Shown: positions 35,873 to 44,760 of the stretch, one piece after another
Layout of the letters: every line of letters starts with the position of its first letter
Position numbering within the stretch: the stretch's first letter is position 1
Assembly (NCBI GenBank): GCA_041946735.1
Contig: JBHGAY010000006.1
Coordinates: 29,626-93,625, forward strand
DNA from: Candidatus Eiseniibacteriota bacterium
Lineage (GTDB): Bacteria; Eisenbacteria; RBG-16-71-46; CAIMUX01; VGJL01
Direction of reading: 5' to 3'
Length of the DNA: 64,000 bases
The notes under the pieces: model-generated
The model's input: the letters and a program-made list of their open reading frames with translations, nothing else
What the model was told of the DNA's origin: nothing
The model's database searches: none
Made by a program: the position numbers and the translations under genes

Positions 35873-36733
35873 CTAGTGGCGCTCCTCTTCCGGCGCGTAG
35901 CCGCGAAAGAACCGCCCTGGTCCGAACGGACGCCCCTCCTTCGCGATCTCGAAGTGGAGGTGGGGCGCGCTGCTCTGGCCGGTGCTACCAAGCCGGGCGA
36001 TCGCCTGGCCCGCGCGCACCGAGTCGGATTCGGCGACAAGAAGCTGCTCGTTGTGTCCGTAGCGAGAGACCCACCCGTCATCGTGCCGCAGGATGACGAG
36101 ATTGCCGAAGACCGCATCCCAGGAAGCGAACTCGACGATTCCATCCGCGGCCGCTCGCACCTCGGACCCCGGAGCGCCGGCGACGTCGACGCCGAGATGG
36201 CTCGAGGCGTCCGCGCCGGGGCGGAATCCGCGGCTGACGCGGCCGGCGAACGGTATGCAGCGGAACGGGGTTCCCGCGGCGCCCGGCGTCAAGTCCCCGC
36301 TCGACACATCGGCCGCGGCCGCGATCGCCTCCGCGCGAACATCCTGCCCGTCCAGCCCCACGGGGGTCTCTTCCTGGGAGTCCGTGAGCTCGAGCAGCTG
36401 CCGTCGCAGACGGTCGATCTTCGCCACCTCGTCCTCGATTGCGGCGAGCCGGTCCATCTGCGCGCGCAGCGTCAGATTCTCCTTACGGACCTCTCGCAGC
36501 ACGAGGGTGTCACGGATCAGCCTCCCGTAGAGAACGCCGCCGGCAACGACCAGCATAAAACCAGCGAGCAAGATCGTGGCGAGCAACCGTAGCGACCAGC
36601 TCGGAAGCTCGATCTGAAACGGACGCTCCGCTTTCGCGGAAGTGATCGTCAGCACGAGACTGTTCCGGTCCGCTTCCGCATGCTTGCGCAGCCATCCGGC
36701 CCCGCGCTCGATCAGCCCGGGCGCGCGCATCAT
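35873..36733 (-). CDS. M23/LytM-domain peptidase, bitopic, with a coiled-coil segment
   Basis: N-terminal cytoplasmic tail, TM LLATILLAGFMLVVAGGVLYG and coiled-coil LTLRAQMDRLAAIEDEVAKIDRLRRQL. LytM motifs HLGVDV and GSTGQSSAPHLHFEI. The ATG shares one nt with the parB stop. Confidence 0.9.
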   Translation of the reverse strand: MMRAPGLIERGAGWLRKHAEADRNSLVLTITSAKAERPFQIELPSWSLRLLATILLAGFMLVVAGGVLYGRLIRDTLVLREVRKENLTLRAQMDRLAAIEDEVAKIDRLRRQLLELTDSQEETPVGLDGQDVRAEAIAAAADVSSGDLTPGAAGTPFRCIPFAGRVSRGFRPGADASSHLGVDVAGAPGSEVRAAADGIVEFASWDAVFGNLVILRHDDGWVSRYGHNEQLLVAESDSVRAGQAIARLGSTGQSSAPHLHFEIAKEGRPFGPGRFFRGYAPEEERH

Positions 36734-37653
36734 CAATGCACCTGAACTCCGAGCAGCTCGAGGATCCGCTCGAGCTCGGATTGGTCAGAGAAGAGGATCT
36801 CCAGACGTCCATGACCTTTCCGGCGCACCTGAAGCCGCACGCTCGTGCCCACGACGCGGCGGATCGCCTCCTCGACCCTGCCGAGATGCGGATCGCGCGC
36901 TGTGGACTTCCGCGTCTTCGCCGACCCGGAGACGTCGGCCGTCGCATCGGTTTCTACAAGCTTCCGCTCGAGATCGCGTACCGACCACCGCTTGCGGAGC
37001 ACACGCTCGGCCCACAGGCGCTGATCCGGCTCGCGCGCGAGGCCAAGCAGCGCGCGCGCGTGCCCGACGCTGAGCCTTCCCTCCCCGACATGCTCCTGCA
37101 GATCGGGCGGCAGCCGGAGGAGACGGATCAGGTTCGTGACCGTGGAACGCTCCTTGCCCACCTGCCGGGCAATCTCGTCGTGCGTGCGGCCGAACTCCTC
37201 TGCGAGCAACTGATAGGCGCGCGCTTCGTCGATCGGATTCAGATCCTCGCGCTGCAGATTCTCGACGAGCGCGACTTCGAGGCTTTCCTTATCGGTTAGA
37301 TCAACGATTACTATTGGAACTTCATTCAGCCCTGCCTCTTGGGCGGCTCGAAGCCTTCTCTCCCCCGCCACAAGCTCGAACCCCTCACCCGACCGGCGCA
37401 CGAGCAGAGGCTCGAGCACGCCCCGCAGGCGGACGGAGGAGACCAGCTCCTCCATCTTGGCAGGGTCCACGCTCTTGCGCGGCTGCCAGGGATTCGGCCG
37501 GATCCTCTCGATGGCGACTCGCGTCTCTGCCGCCTGTCCTCCGGCTTCGTTCGTCGCGACGGCCCCGGCTCTCTGCATCGATCGGCCCGGCTCCGGGGAT
37601 GCCTGACGGGGAATCAGTGCCTCGAGACCTCTACCGAGCGCCTTCCTGGTCAT
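36733..37653 (-). CDS. parB: Chromosome partitioning protein ParB
   Basis: ALGRGLEALIP, NPWQPRK, EPLLVR, ELVAGERRLRAA and the HTH FGRTHDEIARQVGKERSTVTN. Start at ATG 37653. Confidence 0.95.
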   Translation of the reverse strand: MTRKALGRGLEALIPRQASPEPGRSMQRAGAVATNEAGGQAAETRVAIERIRPNPWQPRKSVDPAKMEELVSSVRLRGVLEPLLVRRSGEGFELVAGERRLRAAQEAGLNEVPIVIVDLTDKESLEVALVENLQREDLNPIDEARAYQLLAEEFGRTHDEIARQVGKERSTVTNLIRLLRLPPDLQEHVGEGRLSVGHARALLGLAREPDQRLWAERVLRKRWSVRDLERKLVETDATADVSGSAKTRKSTARDPHLGRVEEAIRRVVGTSVRLQVRRKGHGRLEILFSDQSELERILELLGVQVH

Positions 37654-38410
37654 TCTCCAAGATCTCCTTCGCCAGGCCGACGTAGCTGGCCGCGCCGACG
37701 CAGTGGGGGTCGTACAGGGTGATGGGGCTTCCGAAGCTCGGGGCTTCGCCAAGCCTTACGTTCCGCGGGATCATGGTGCGGTATACCTGATCGCCGAAGT
37801 AGTGGCGTGCTTCTTCCGCGACCTGGAGCGAGAGGTTCAATCTTCCGTCGTACATCGTGAGAAGGATCCCCTCGATGCGAAGGGTCGGATTCAGCGACTC
37901 TCGAACCCGATCGAGGGTCTCCATCAAACGCCCGAGCCCCTCGAGCGCGTAGTACTCGCACTGAATCGGGACGAGCACGGACTCGACGGCCGTGAGGGCG
38001 TTCAGCGTCAGGAAGCCTAGTGATGGGGGGCAGTCGAGGAACACGTAGCGGTAGCGATCGCGCAACGGGGCGATCCTCTGGCGAAGGATGATCTCCCTGT
38101 CGGGAAGATCGACCAGTTCGATCTCGGCTCCCGCCAGACGCGCGTCGCCAGGCAAGAGGTCAAGTCCCTCGACGACGGTGCTTCGTATCGCCTGCTCGGC
38201 GTCCCCGGAACCTATCAGGACCTCGTAGGTCGTCGTGTCCTGTGGTTCCACACGAACGCCAAGTCCTGAAGACGCATTGCCTTGCGGGTCCAGATCGATC
38301 AGGAGGATCTTGCGATCCGAGGCCGCCAAGGCCGCGGACAGATTGACCGCCGTCGTCGTCTTGCCCACCCCACCCTTCTGATTGGCGACGGCGATCACTC
38401 GCCCCATCAT
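37631..38410 (-). CDS. parA: Chromosome partitioning ATPase ParA/Soj
   Basis: Deviant Walker A VANQKGGVGKTTT, DLDPQGN and DCPPSLG. GGGGGAGG before ATG 38410. Confidence 0.95.
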   Translation of the reverse strand: MMGRVIAVANQKGGVGKTTTAVNLSAALAASDRKILLIDLDPQGNASSGLGVRVEPQDTTTYEVLIGSGDAEQAIRSTVVEGLDLLPGDARLAGAEIELVDLPDREIILRQRIAPLRDRYRYVFLDCPPSLGFLTLNALTAVESVLVPIQCEYYALEGLGRLMETLDRVRESLNPTLRIEGILLTMYDGRLNLSLQVAEEARHYFGDQVYRTMIPRNVRLGEAPSFGSPITLYDPHCVGAASYVGLAKEILENDQEGAR

Positions 38411-38591
38411 GCCTCCCCCTCGTGCCTGCCCATCGCGCCCTTCGTCCCTCACTCCTCGTCGACCATCCCAACGCAGGTCCTCGCCCGGCGGGGGACCATC
38501 AACCGAATTCGACGACGGCCAGCGCGCCCTCGTGAGGGTGTAACGCCGGGCTCGCGCGAAAGCTAACAACGGGGACATGCACGGTCAACGA

Positions 38592-38607
38592 GGTTTCACG
38601 TGAAACA
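38592..38607. promoter_or_regulatory. parS site GGTTTCACGTGAAACA (15/16 match to TGTTTCACGTGAAACA)
   Basis: Read directly, about 180 nt upstream of parA. Confidence 0.85.
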
Positions 38608-38673
38608 TGCGACCGCTCGCCGCGGAATTTCCACAGCGACGCCTGGAGCGATTCCATCTCACAAAGCGATCGA

Positions 38674-38689
38674 CGTTTCACGTGGAACA
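38674..38689. promoter_or_regulatory. parS site CGTTTCACGTGGAACA (reverse complement TGTTCCACGTGAAACG)
   Basis: Read directly, 67 nt from the first parS. Confidence 0.8.
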
Positions 38690-38781
38690 TCGCGACGCGA
38701 CTCGACCACGGTGGAGTCAGGCGCAGGCGCGAAGGCGTCTGCTTCGGCCAGCCTGGTCGGCCCCTGTGTTGAGCTTGCGAT

Positions 38782-39510
38782 CTAGACGAGCTTGCGAATC
38801 GTCAGGAGGTGACCGGGTGACCAGGGAATGCGGAGCACCTGCTCCAGCTGGAACTCGCCAGACTCGAGAAGGCGCGCCCCGCGAGCCTTTTCGACGTCCT
38901 CCATCCATCCCGGGCCTTTGAAGGTGATGACTTGTCCGCCCCGCTCGAGGAGCGGGCCGAATTCCCTCAACGTCGTCGGAAGGTCGGCGACGGCGCGCGC
39001 GAACAGGACCCGGAACTCTCCCACCATTTCCCCTCGCTGCAAGAGGGTCTCGACTCTGAGGGGTAGGATCGAGATGCCATCGAGATCGAGGAGCCTGGCG
39101 ATCCGCTCTAGAAAGATGCACCTTTTGCGCGCGCTTTCGATCAGAACGAGATCCCGGGCCGGCTCCCAGAGTTTCAGAACCATGCCGGGAAGGCCTGCTC
39201 CGGTCCCGACGTCGACCCACCGATGCTCCGCTCCTTCGTCTACGGCGAGAAGCGGTCCCAGCGAGGCGCCTATGTGCTTCACGACGACGTTGTCAACGTC
39301 CTGCCGCGAAAGCAGCCCGACATCTTTATTCCAACCAATGAGTTCCGTAGTAAATCGTAGCAAACGTTCTTTTATCTCGCCCGTCATCTCGAGGCGAAAC
39401 GGCCGCATCTGCATCTCCAGACGATCGAGCTGCCTGCGGAAGTTCTCGACGTCCCGGCCGGGCGTGTCCCCTACGCGGCCTCTCCGCCGTCTCCCCCGGT
39501 TTCTCCTCAT
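38782..39510 (-). CDS. rsmG: 16S rRNA (guanine527-N7)-methyltransferase RsmG (GidB)
   Basis: VDVGTGAGLPGMVLK SAM motif and a GidB-like layout. The start is uncertain: ATG 39510 or ATG 39414. The longer track ORF overlaps yidC and is rejected. Confidence 0.85.
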   Translation of the reverse strand: MRRNRGRRRRGRVGDTPGRDVENFRRQLDRLEMQMRPFRLEMTGEIKERLLRFTTELIGWNKDVGLLSRQDVDNVVVKHIGASLGPLLAVDEGAEHRWVDVGTGAGLPGMVLKLWEPARDLVLIESARKRCIFLERIARLLDLDGISILPLRVETLLQRGEMVGEFRVLFARAVADLPTTLREFGPLLERGGQVITFKGPGWMEDVEKARGARLLESGEFQLEQVLRIPWSPGHLLTIRKLV

Positions 39511-39536
39511 GTGCCCAAATCCGGCCTCGAAGGGCG

Positions 39537-41297
39537 TCAGCGGCGCTTGCCGCGTCCCTGGCCCCGGCGCGGTTCCTCTTCGGCGCCGACGAGAGCGACG
39601 GCCGGTGCGCTCCGGTTCATCCAGATCTGCTGGAGGACCGTCATCAGGTTGTTCACGGTCCAGTAGAGGACGAGACCCGAAGGGGTCGAATAGAAGAGAA
39701 AGGTGAAGAAGATCGGCATGATGTAGCCGAGGCTCGCCTGCCGCGGATCCGAAGGGGTGATCTTCTGCTGCCAGACCATCGTCGCCGCCATGATCAGCGG
39801 CATCACGTTCACCGGGAACCCGGCAAGATGAGCGACGGTGTCGGGGGCCGCGAGATCGCGGATCCAGAGGACGAACGGCTCCTTCCGCAACTGGATGGCG
39901 TTGGCGAGAACGTAATAGAGACCCGACAGCACGGGCAGCTGGATCAGCACCGGCAGACACCCTCCGAGAGGGTTGATCTTGTTCTTCCGGTACAGCTCGA
40001 GCGTCTCCTCCTGCTTCCGCTTCGGATCGTTCTTGAACTTCTCGTTGATGCGGTCCAGCTCCGGCTTCAACATTTGCATCTGCTTCATCGAGTGCATGCT
40101 CTTCTTCGTGAGCGGATAGAAGAGGAAGCGGAGCAGCACGGAGAGGATCACGATCTCGAAGCCGTAGTTCGGCACGATCTTGTTCAATCCCTCGAAGAAC
40201 TTCATCAGGAGCTTCGAGAAGGGGCGTAGCACGCCGGGACCGAGATCCTGCACCCTCTCCAACCCGACGCCATAGCTATCCAGGATGCTGTAGTGGATCG
40301 GCCCCAGGTAGAGGCGATAGTCGCGTTCCGTGGGACCCTCGAGGGACAGCGGCTCGAGGAGCAGAGCGCTCGCGCTCCGCGCCTCGCCGTCGTAACCGGT
40401 CAGCACCCGTCGCTCCGAAGGGGAGTCGAGGATCAGCGCGCCCAGGAAATATCGGTTCCTCACGCCCAGCCACCGAAGCGTCCCCTCGTGGACTTCGTTC
40501 TTCTCCCCGCCGGTCCCGCGCGCGCACCCGAAGCCGCCCCCCGCGTGCGTGCGAATGTACTCCTTCCCGAAGAGAGCGACCGACGAGATGGCGGCCGCCT
40601 CGCTCCGAGTATCCTTCTCGAGTAGCGGCAGGCCATCCACCCACCCGATCTCCCAGTACGCCTCCTGCCCCTCCGGCACACCGCTGACCTTGACCGCGAG
40701 ACCGCAATCGTATCGATCCCGGGGGACCGAGAACGTCTTCTCGATTCGCAGGCCCGACGCGTCCTCCGCGGTAAAGCGGATGACCTTCGCGCCGTTCTCG
40801 TCGCTCACGCTCGTTTGGAACAACGTCGAATCCGTCCGAACGACCCTCCCCCCAATGTGCAGGGCGAACCAGAGCGCGCCCAGGTCCCGCCCGTGCCGAA
40901 CGAGGTCCGCCGGTTCCCCCTGCGGCCCCGTGTAGGAGTGAAGTCGCCAGCTGCGCAGCGATCCGCCCAGGGGGTCGAACTCGGCATCGACGTATGTGGT
41001 GGCGATCTGGACCGTCTCTGCCGTGCCGGCCGCGGGGGCCGAGACATTCCGAAGCACACCCGATGGGCTCGGGACACCTGGCGCGCCTTCCGCGCCCCTA
41101 CGAAGAGCGGAAGCGCCGGCAAGACCCGAATCGGCACCGGCAGGAGGAGCAGGAGCAGGAGCGGCCGTCTCCGGCGCGACGGATGTGGTGTCGGCCGGCG
41201 TCGTCGGCGGCGGAGCGGTCTTCTTTCCGAACAGAAACGAGTTGAGGACGAGGACGAGAATCATCAGCCCGACAGCCAGCAGGAAACGGCGGTCCAT
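39537..41297 (-). CDS. yidC: Membrane protein insertase YidC
   Basis: N-terminal TM, a large periplasmic domain and the conserved C-terminal 60-kDa IMP core: NYGFEIVILSVLLRFLFYPLT...GCLPVLIQLPVL...LVLYWTVNNL. Confidence 0.95.
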   Translation of the reverse strand: MDRRFLLAVGLMILVLVLNSFLFGKKTAPPPTTPADTTSVAPETAAPAPAPPAGADSGLAGASALRRGAEGAPGVPSPSGVLRNVSAPAAGTAETVQIATTYVDAEFDPLGGSLRSWRLHSYTGPQGEPADLVRHGRDLGALWFALHIGGRVVRTDSTLFQTSVSDENGAKVIRFTAEDASGLRIEKTFSVPRDRYDCGLAVKVSGVPEGQEAYWEIGWVDGLPLLEKDTRSEAAAISSVALFGKEYIRTHAGGGFGCARGTGGEKNEVHEGTLRWLGVRNRYFLGALILDSPSERRVLTGYDGEARSASALLLEPLSLEGPTERDYRLYLGPIHYSILDSYGVGLERVQDLGPGVLRPFSKLLMKFFEGLNKIVPNYGFEIVILSVLLRFLFYPLTKKSMHSMKQMQMLKPELDRINEKFKNDPKRKQEETLELYRKNKINPLGGCLPVLIQLPVLSGLYYVLANAIQLRKEPFVLWIRDLAAPDTVAHLAGFPVNVMPLIMAATMVWQQKITPSDPRQASLGYIMPIFFTFLFYSTPSGLVLYWTVNNLMTVLQQIWMNRSAPAVALVGAEEEPRRGQGRGKRR

Positions 41298-41309
41298 CGC
41301 GATCTCCGC

Positions 41310-41576
41310 CTACCGGTTGCGCAGACTCGACTCGACGAGGAGATCCCGTCGATTCGAGCGTCGTGCGGGTGGAACCGGGTCGTAGCCGTGCGGCCCGAAA
41401 GGATGGCAACGCAGCAGCCGCCTCGCGGCCAGCATCGCTCCGCGCCATGGCCCATGGGTCAGAACCGCTTCCTCGGCAAAACGCGAGCAGCTCGGCTGGA
41501 AGCGGCAGCAGGCCGGCAGAAACGGAGCGACCGCGCTCCTGTAGAGGCGCAACAGCGCCAGGATCGATTTCGTCAA
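41310..41576 (-). CDS. yidD: Membrane protein insertion efficiency factor YidD
   Basis: [31 protein letters not shown]...RLLRCHPF. Its TTG start overlaps the rnpA stop (TTGA). Confidence 0.9.
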   Translation of the reverse strand: MTKSILALLRLYRSAVAPFLPACCRFQPSCSRFAEEAVLTHGPWRGAMLAARRLLRCHPFGPHGYDPVPPARRSNRRDLLVESSLRNR

Positions 41577-42130
41577 GAATCCCCCGCGGCGAAGTCCGTG
41601 GTTTGCTCGAGAAGGCCCGCCTGATCGTAGAGGTCCCGGAGATCTCCCGCCACTTCGATGGAAGAGGCCCCGGCGCAGGCAGGTCGCGCTATCAGGATGA
41701 GGTCGCAGGCGGCACGCCTGAGCTGGGGACGCCAGAAGCGGAAGGCTTCGCGAAGCAGCCGTTTGCAGCGGTTGCGCTTGACGGCGTTGCCCACCTTGCG
41801 GCTCGCGACCACCGCATACCGCAGCGGGGTCCCCGCGGAGCCCGCAGGTCGGTCCGTCGGTCGAGACGACACGATGAGAACGAGCAGGCGGCCGTGAAAG
41901 GCCGCCCCCGCCTTGTACGCGTCGGTAAATGCCTGTCTGTGTCGAATTCGCCCCGGGTGAGTGCGGCGTGCGGGATACGCGGGACTTACTGGACGGTGAG
42001 ACGATGACGCCCCTTCGCCCGGCGGCGGCTCAACACCTTGCGACCGTTCGGAGTCCTCATCCGGATCCGGAAGCCGTGCGTCCGGCGTCTCCGTCGGTTG
42101 TGTGGCTGATACGTCCTCTTCACCAAGCAC
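41573..42130 (-). CDS. rnpA: RNase P protein component RnpA (start ambiguous; the coordinates give the maximal ORF, which overlaps all of rpmH)
   Basis: Conserved core from about 41950 downward, with RNR motif [19 protein letters not shown]. There is no ATG/GTG/TTG in frame between the rpmH stop and the core. The only in-frame start is GTG 42130. Confidence 0.8.
   Translation of the reverse strand: MLGEEDVSATQPTETPDARLPDPDEDSERSQGVEPPPGEGASSSHRPVSPAYPARRTHPGRIRHRQAFTDAYKAGAAFHGRLLVLIVSSRPTDRPAGSAGTPLRYAVVASRKVGNAVKRNRCKRLLREAFRFWRPQLRRAACDLILIARPACAGASSIEVAGDLRDLYDQAGLLEQTTDFAAGDS
41986..42123 (-). CDS. rpmH: 50S ribosomal protein L34
   Basis: My own translation is (GTG)[49 protein letters not shown] lies 6 nt upstream. 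The ORF is too short to appear in the track. Confidence 0.95.
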   Translation of the reverse strand: MKRTYQPHNRRRRRTHGFRIRMRTPNGRKVLSRRRAKGRHRLTVQ

Positions 42131-42189
42131 CTCCGGTCCTTTCCGGGGCCCATCCCCCGCCTGCGGGCAAGCGCAGACGATCAGGCTAA

Positions 42190-42743
42190 ACCGGCCGCCG
42201 AAATGAAGTCAAGCCGGAACCTCGATTCTCTCCCGACGCAAGGCCTTACCCCAGGCCCCGGCAACCCCGGGCACGGCCCGGCTCGTGGGCTGCCTCCGAA
42301 CGAGCTTCGTGACGATGCGTACATGGGAGCCAGCGTGCAAGTTACACACTCATGAAGAAACTGTGAAAAAACCAGATTGCCCGTCGTCGAGACGCGATGC
42401 TAGAGTGCCGCTCCCAGGGCTCGGTGATGGGTTGTTGAAAAGTGTCGCGGGGGGCTGACGAATCAAAAGTTACCACCGTTTGACCGTTCGTCGTGCTCTC
42501 GGTCCCTTGTTCATGAGGGATTGGAGAGCGCGGTAGGATTCCACACGGACGACGCTGAGAAGATCCTTGTGTAAAGCGCGTTAGCAATTCTACGAGCGCG
42601 TGGAATCCGATCGAGGCGAACCAGACGGGCGTCTGCGCGTCCGAACCCCGTTCCACATTCCCCCATCCTCCCCACACGGGACAAGCCTTGTGGATAACTA
42701 TGTCGATAAGACGGTAGACAGTTCCTTCATCGTGGAGGTTCCT
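42190..42743. other. Candidate chromosomal origin (oriC) between rpmH and dnaA
   Basis: Gene orientation switches here. Perfect DnaA box at 42689..42697. TTTTTCACA on the bottom strand at 42362..42370, inside an AT-rich patch at 42341..42380. Inverted pair GGATTCCACACG (42536..42547) and CGCGTGGAATCC (42597..42608). TTCCACATTCC at 42651..42661. Confidence 0.6.
42689..42697 (-). promoter_or_regulatory. Consensus DnaA box TTATCCACA (TGTGGATAA on the top strand)
   Basis: Read directly, 47 nt upstream of the proposed dnaA start. Confidence 0.85.
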
Positions 42744-44222
42744 TTGTCAGGGGGCAGCGCGGTTCAGGATTTCGGACAGAATTGGGAAGAAGTACTCGTC
42801 TCCCTCCGATCCAGCCTCGACAACGAACAACGCTTCGCGACCTGGTTTCGCCCTCTTATACTGAAGTCGCTCGAAGGGGAGCACCTGACGCTCGAGGTGC
42901 CCAATCCGTTCTTCATCGATTGGTTCGAGGAGCACAACCTTCCGATCCTCCAGCACGCTCTGCGGGAAGCCTGGGGCTGGGAGCCGAGAGTCTCCTTCGT
43001 CGTTCGCGAGAATTTCAAGGAGATCTTCCGACAGGAGGCGGAGAAGCAGCGGTGTTTCTCTCCGGTCTCGCAGCCGCAGCCGCAGCCTTCCCAGAAGGCT
43101 ACGCTGGGCGAGGGGAATCTCAACCCGCGCTTCAGCTTCGAGAACTTCGTCGTCGGCCGGAGCAACGAGCTTGCCCACGCCGCATGCCAGGCGGTGGCCA
43201 AGGACCCGGGGCACGTCTACAACCCGCTTTTCGTCTACGGCGGCGCCGGTCTCGGGAAGACCCACCTGATGCACGCCATCGGCCTGGTCGTGCAGGCGGG
43301 CGATCACCGCAGGAAGGTCCAGTACGTTCCGGCAGAGACCTTCATGAACGACATGATCGAGGCGATCCGCGCAGGAACCACGCAGCAGTTCCGCGATCAC
43401 TACAGGCGCCTCGACTGCCTGTTGATCGACGACATCCAGTTCCTCGCCGGACGCGGCAGAACCGAGGAGGAGTTCTTCCACACTTTCAACAGCCTCTACG
43501 ACGCGAACAAGCAGGTGATCATCAGCTGCGACCGCCGGCCGAACGACCTGACGAGCCTTGAGGAGAGACTGACGTCGCGCTTTCAGTGCGGACTGGTCGC
43601 CGACATTCATCCGCCCGACCTCGAGACTCGCATGGCGATTCTCCGGCAAAAATCTTCCCGCGATGGGCTCGACATTTCCGACCGGATCCTGTTCCTGCTG
43701 GCAGAAAACATTCGCGCGAACATCCGTGAGTTGGAGGGAGCGCTCATTCGCCTTTCCGCACTCTCGTCCTTGACGTCGAGTCCGGTGACCGAGGAATTGG
43801 CGCGAGACGCTCTCCGCGACTACCTGAAAGGAATCGGCTCCGGCCCGCCGGACATCGGCGCTATTCAGAGAATTGTGGCGAAATACTTTGAGGTGACCGT
43901 CGAATCGATGCGAGGCAAGCGCCGGACGAGCCAGGTGGCGCTCGCCCGGCAGACAGCGATGTATCTCGCGAAGCAGCGCACCGGCATGACCCTGGTCGAG
44001 ATCGGCAAGCGGTTCGGCAACCGGGATCACAGCACGGTGATCTACGCCCTCACCCGGGTCGGCGACGAGATGAGCAAGAGCCAGGAGTTCCGCGACAAGA
44101 TCGCGCGGATCGAAGAGGAACTGAATGGCCCTCTCTCTTCGTTGTCGGCCGGGAGAGCTCCCGCTACGGCTTCGTCGGCGTCGACCTTGTCGAGTTCTTC
44201 CGAAAAGTCGGGGGAAGCTTGA
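42744..44222 (+). CDS. dnaA: Chromosomal replication initiator DnaA
   Basis: AAA+ motifs GGAGLGKTHL and LLIDDIQFL, plus the C-terminal DNA-binding HSTVIYA. Start proposed at TTG 42744, 5 nt after GGAGG at 42734..42738. The track ORF begins at GTG 42600, which I consider too far upstream. Confidence 0.95.
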   Translation: MSGGSAVQDFGQNWEEVLVSLRSSLDNEQRFATWFRPLILKSLEGEHLTLEVPNPFFIDWFEEHNLPILQHALREAWGWEPRVSFVVRENFKEIFRQEAEKQRCFSPVSQPQPQPSQKATLGEGNLNPRFSFENFVVGRSNELAHAACQAVAKDPGHVYNPLFVYGGAGLGKTHLMHAIGLVVQAGDHRRKVQYVPAETFMNDMIEAIRAGTTQQFRDHYRRLDCLLIDDIQFLAGRGRTEEEFFHTFNSLYDANKQVIISCDRRPNDLTSLEERLTSRFQCGLVADIHPPDLETRMAILRQKSSRDGLDISDRILFLLAENIRANIRELEGALIRLSALSSLTSSPVTEELARDALRDYLKGIGSGPPDIGAIQRIVAKYFEVTVESMRGKRRTSQVALARQTAMYLAKQRTGMTLVEIGKRFGNRDHSTVIYALTRVGDEMSKSQEFRDKIARIEEELNGPLSSLSAGRAPATASSASTLSSSSEKSGEA

Positions 44223-44553
44223 ACGACCGCTCCGGTCCTTTCCCCGCTTTCCACGTAGAGAACGCGGGGAGGAGCCGCGCGCGTGGAAGGAACGCCGGTT
44301 CTCCCCAAAGATCCCGGCGTTCTTTCGACGCCCCCTGCCGTCGCGCAAACGACGATTGGTCCTTGCGATCGATTCATGAACGCGCTGTTGCTCACGGTCC
44401 TCACATCCCTACGGCTACTACGATCTCGATCCAAACATCGAAGAAGAGAAGAAGCGGAGTCCCGAAAGGAGGGCTAGCCCATCGGCCACGGCGGGAAGCA
44501 CCCGGGAGACGGCACAGCGATCCCGGGGAAACCAAGGTGTCTGGGAGGCGGCC

Positions 44554-44582
44554 TTGCCTTTGCTAACCGTTGCACTTAGGAT
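44554..44582 (+). promoter_or_regulatory. Candidate sigma70-type promoter TTGCCT-17 nt-TAGGAT in the dnaA-dnaN spacer
   Basis: Hexamers and spacing read directly, about 180 nt upstream of dnaN. There is no other support. Confidence 0.25.
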
Positions 44583-44760
44583 AGATTCTCTACCGCAGGT
44601 TGCGACGCGCGCGTTCTACCGGACGACCCCGGAACCGGGCGTCTTCCGGGGGCCGCTGCATGGGTTTCTCCGGCCGGAGCATCCAGGTCTGGGCGTGGAT
44701 CGCTCCGGCAAATCGAGTCCCAGGACGGTGCACCCACGCTGATGTGCGGAGGGGGGTGAA

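Noticed and set aside
38499-38690. 63-aa minus-strand ORF covering both parS sites
   Set aside because: It has no SD and sits in the parS-bearing spacer. Its sequence is dictated by the palindromic parS sites.
38782-39960. Long 392-aa version of the rsmG ORF
   Set aside because: The N-terminal 150 codons overlap the yidC C-terminus out of frame and are Arg/Pro-rich. RsmG homology begins only after the internal ATGs at 39510 and 39414.
42600-42743. GTG 42600 as the dnaA start (the track ORF)
   Set aside because: It would translate through the DnaA boxes and give a 48-residue non-conserved leader. TTG 42744 has a properly spaced GGAGG and yields a normal DnaA N-terminus. This start is not fully excluded.
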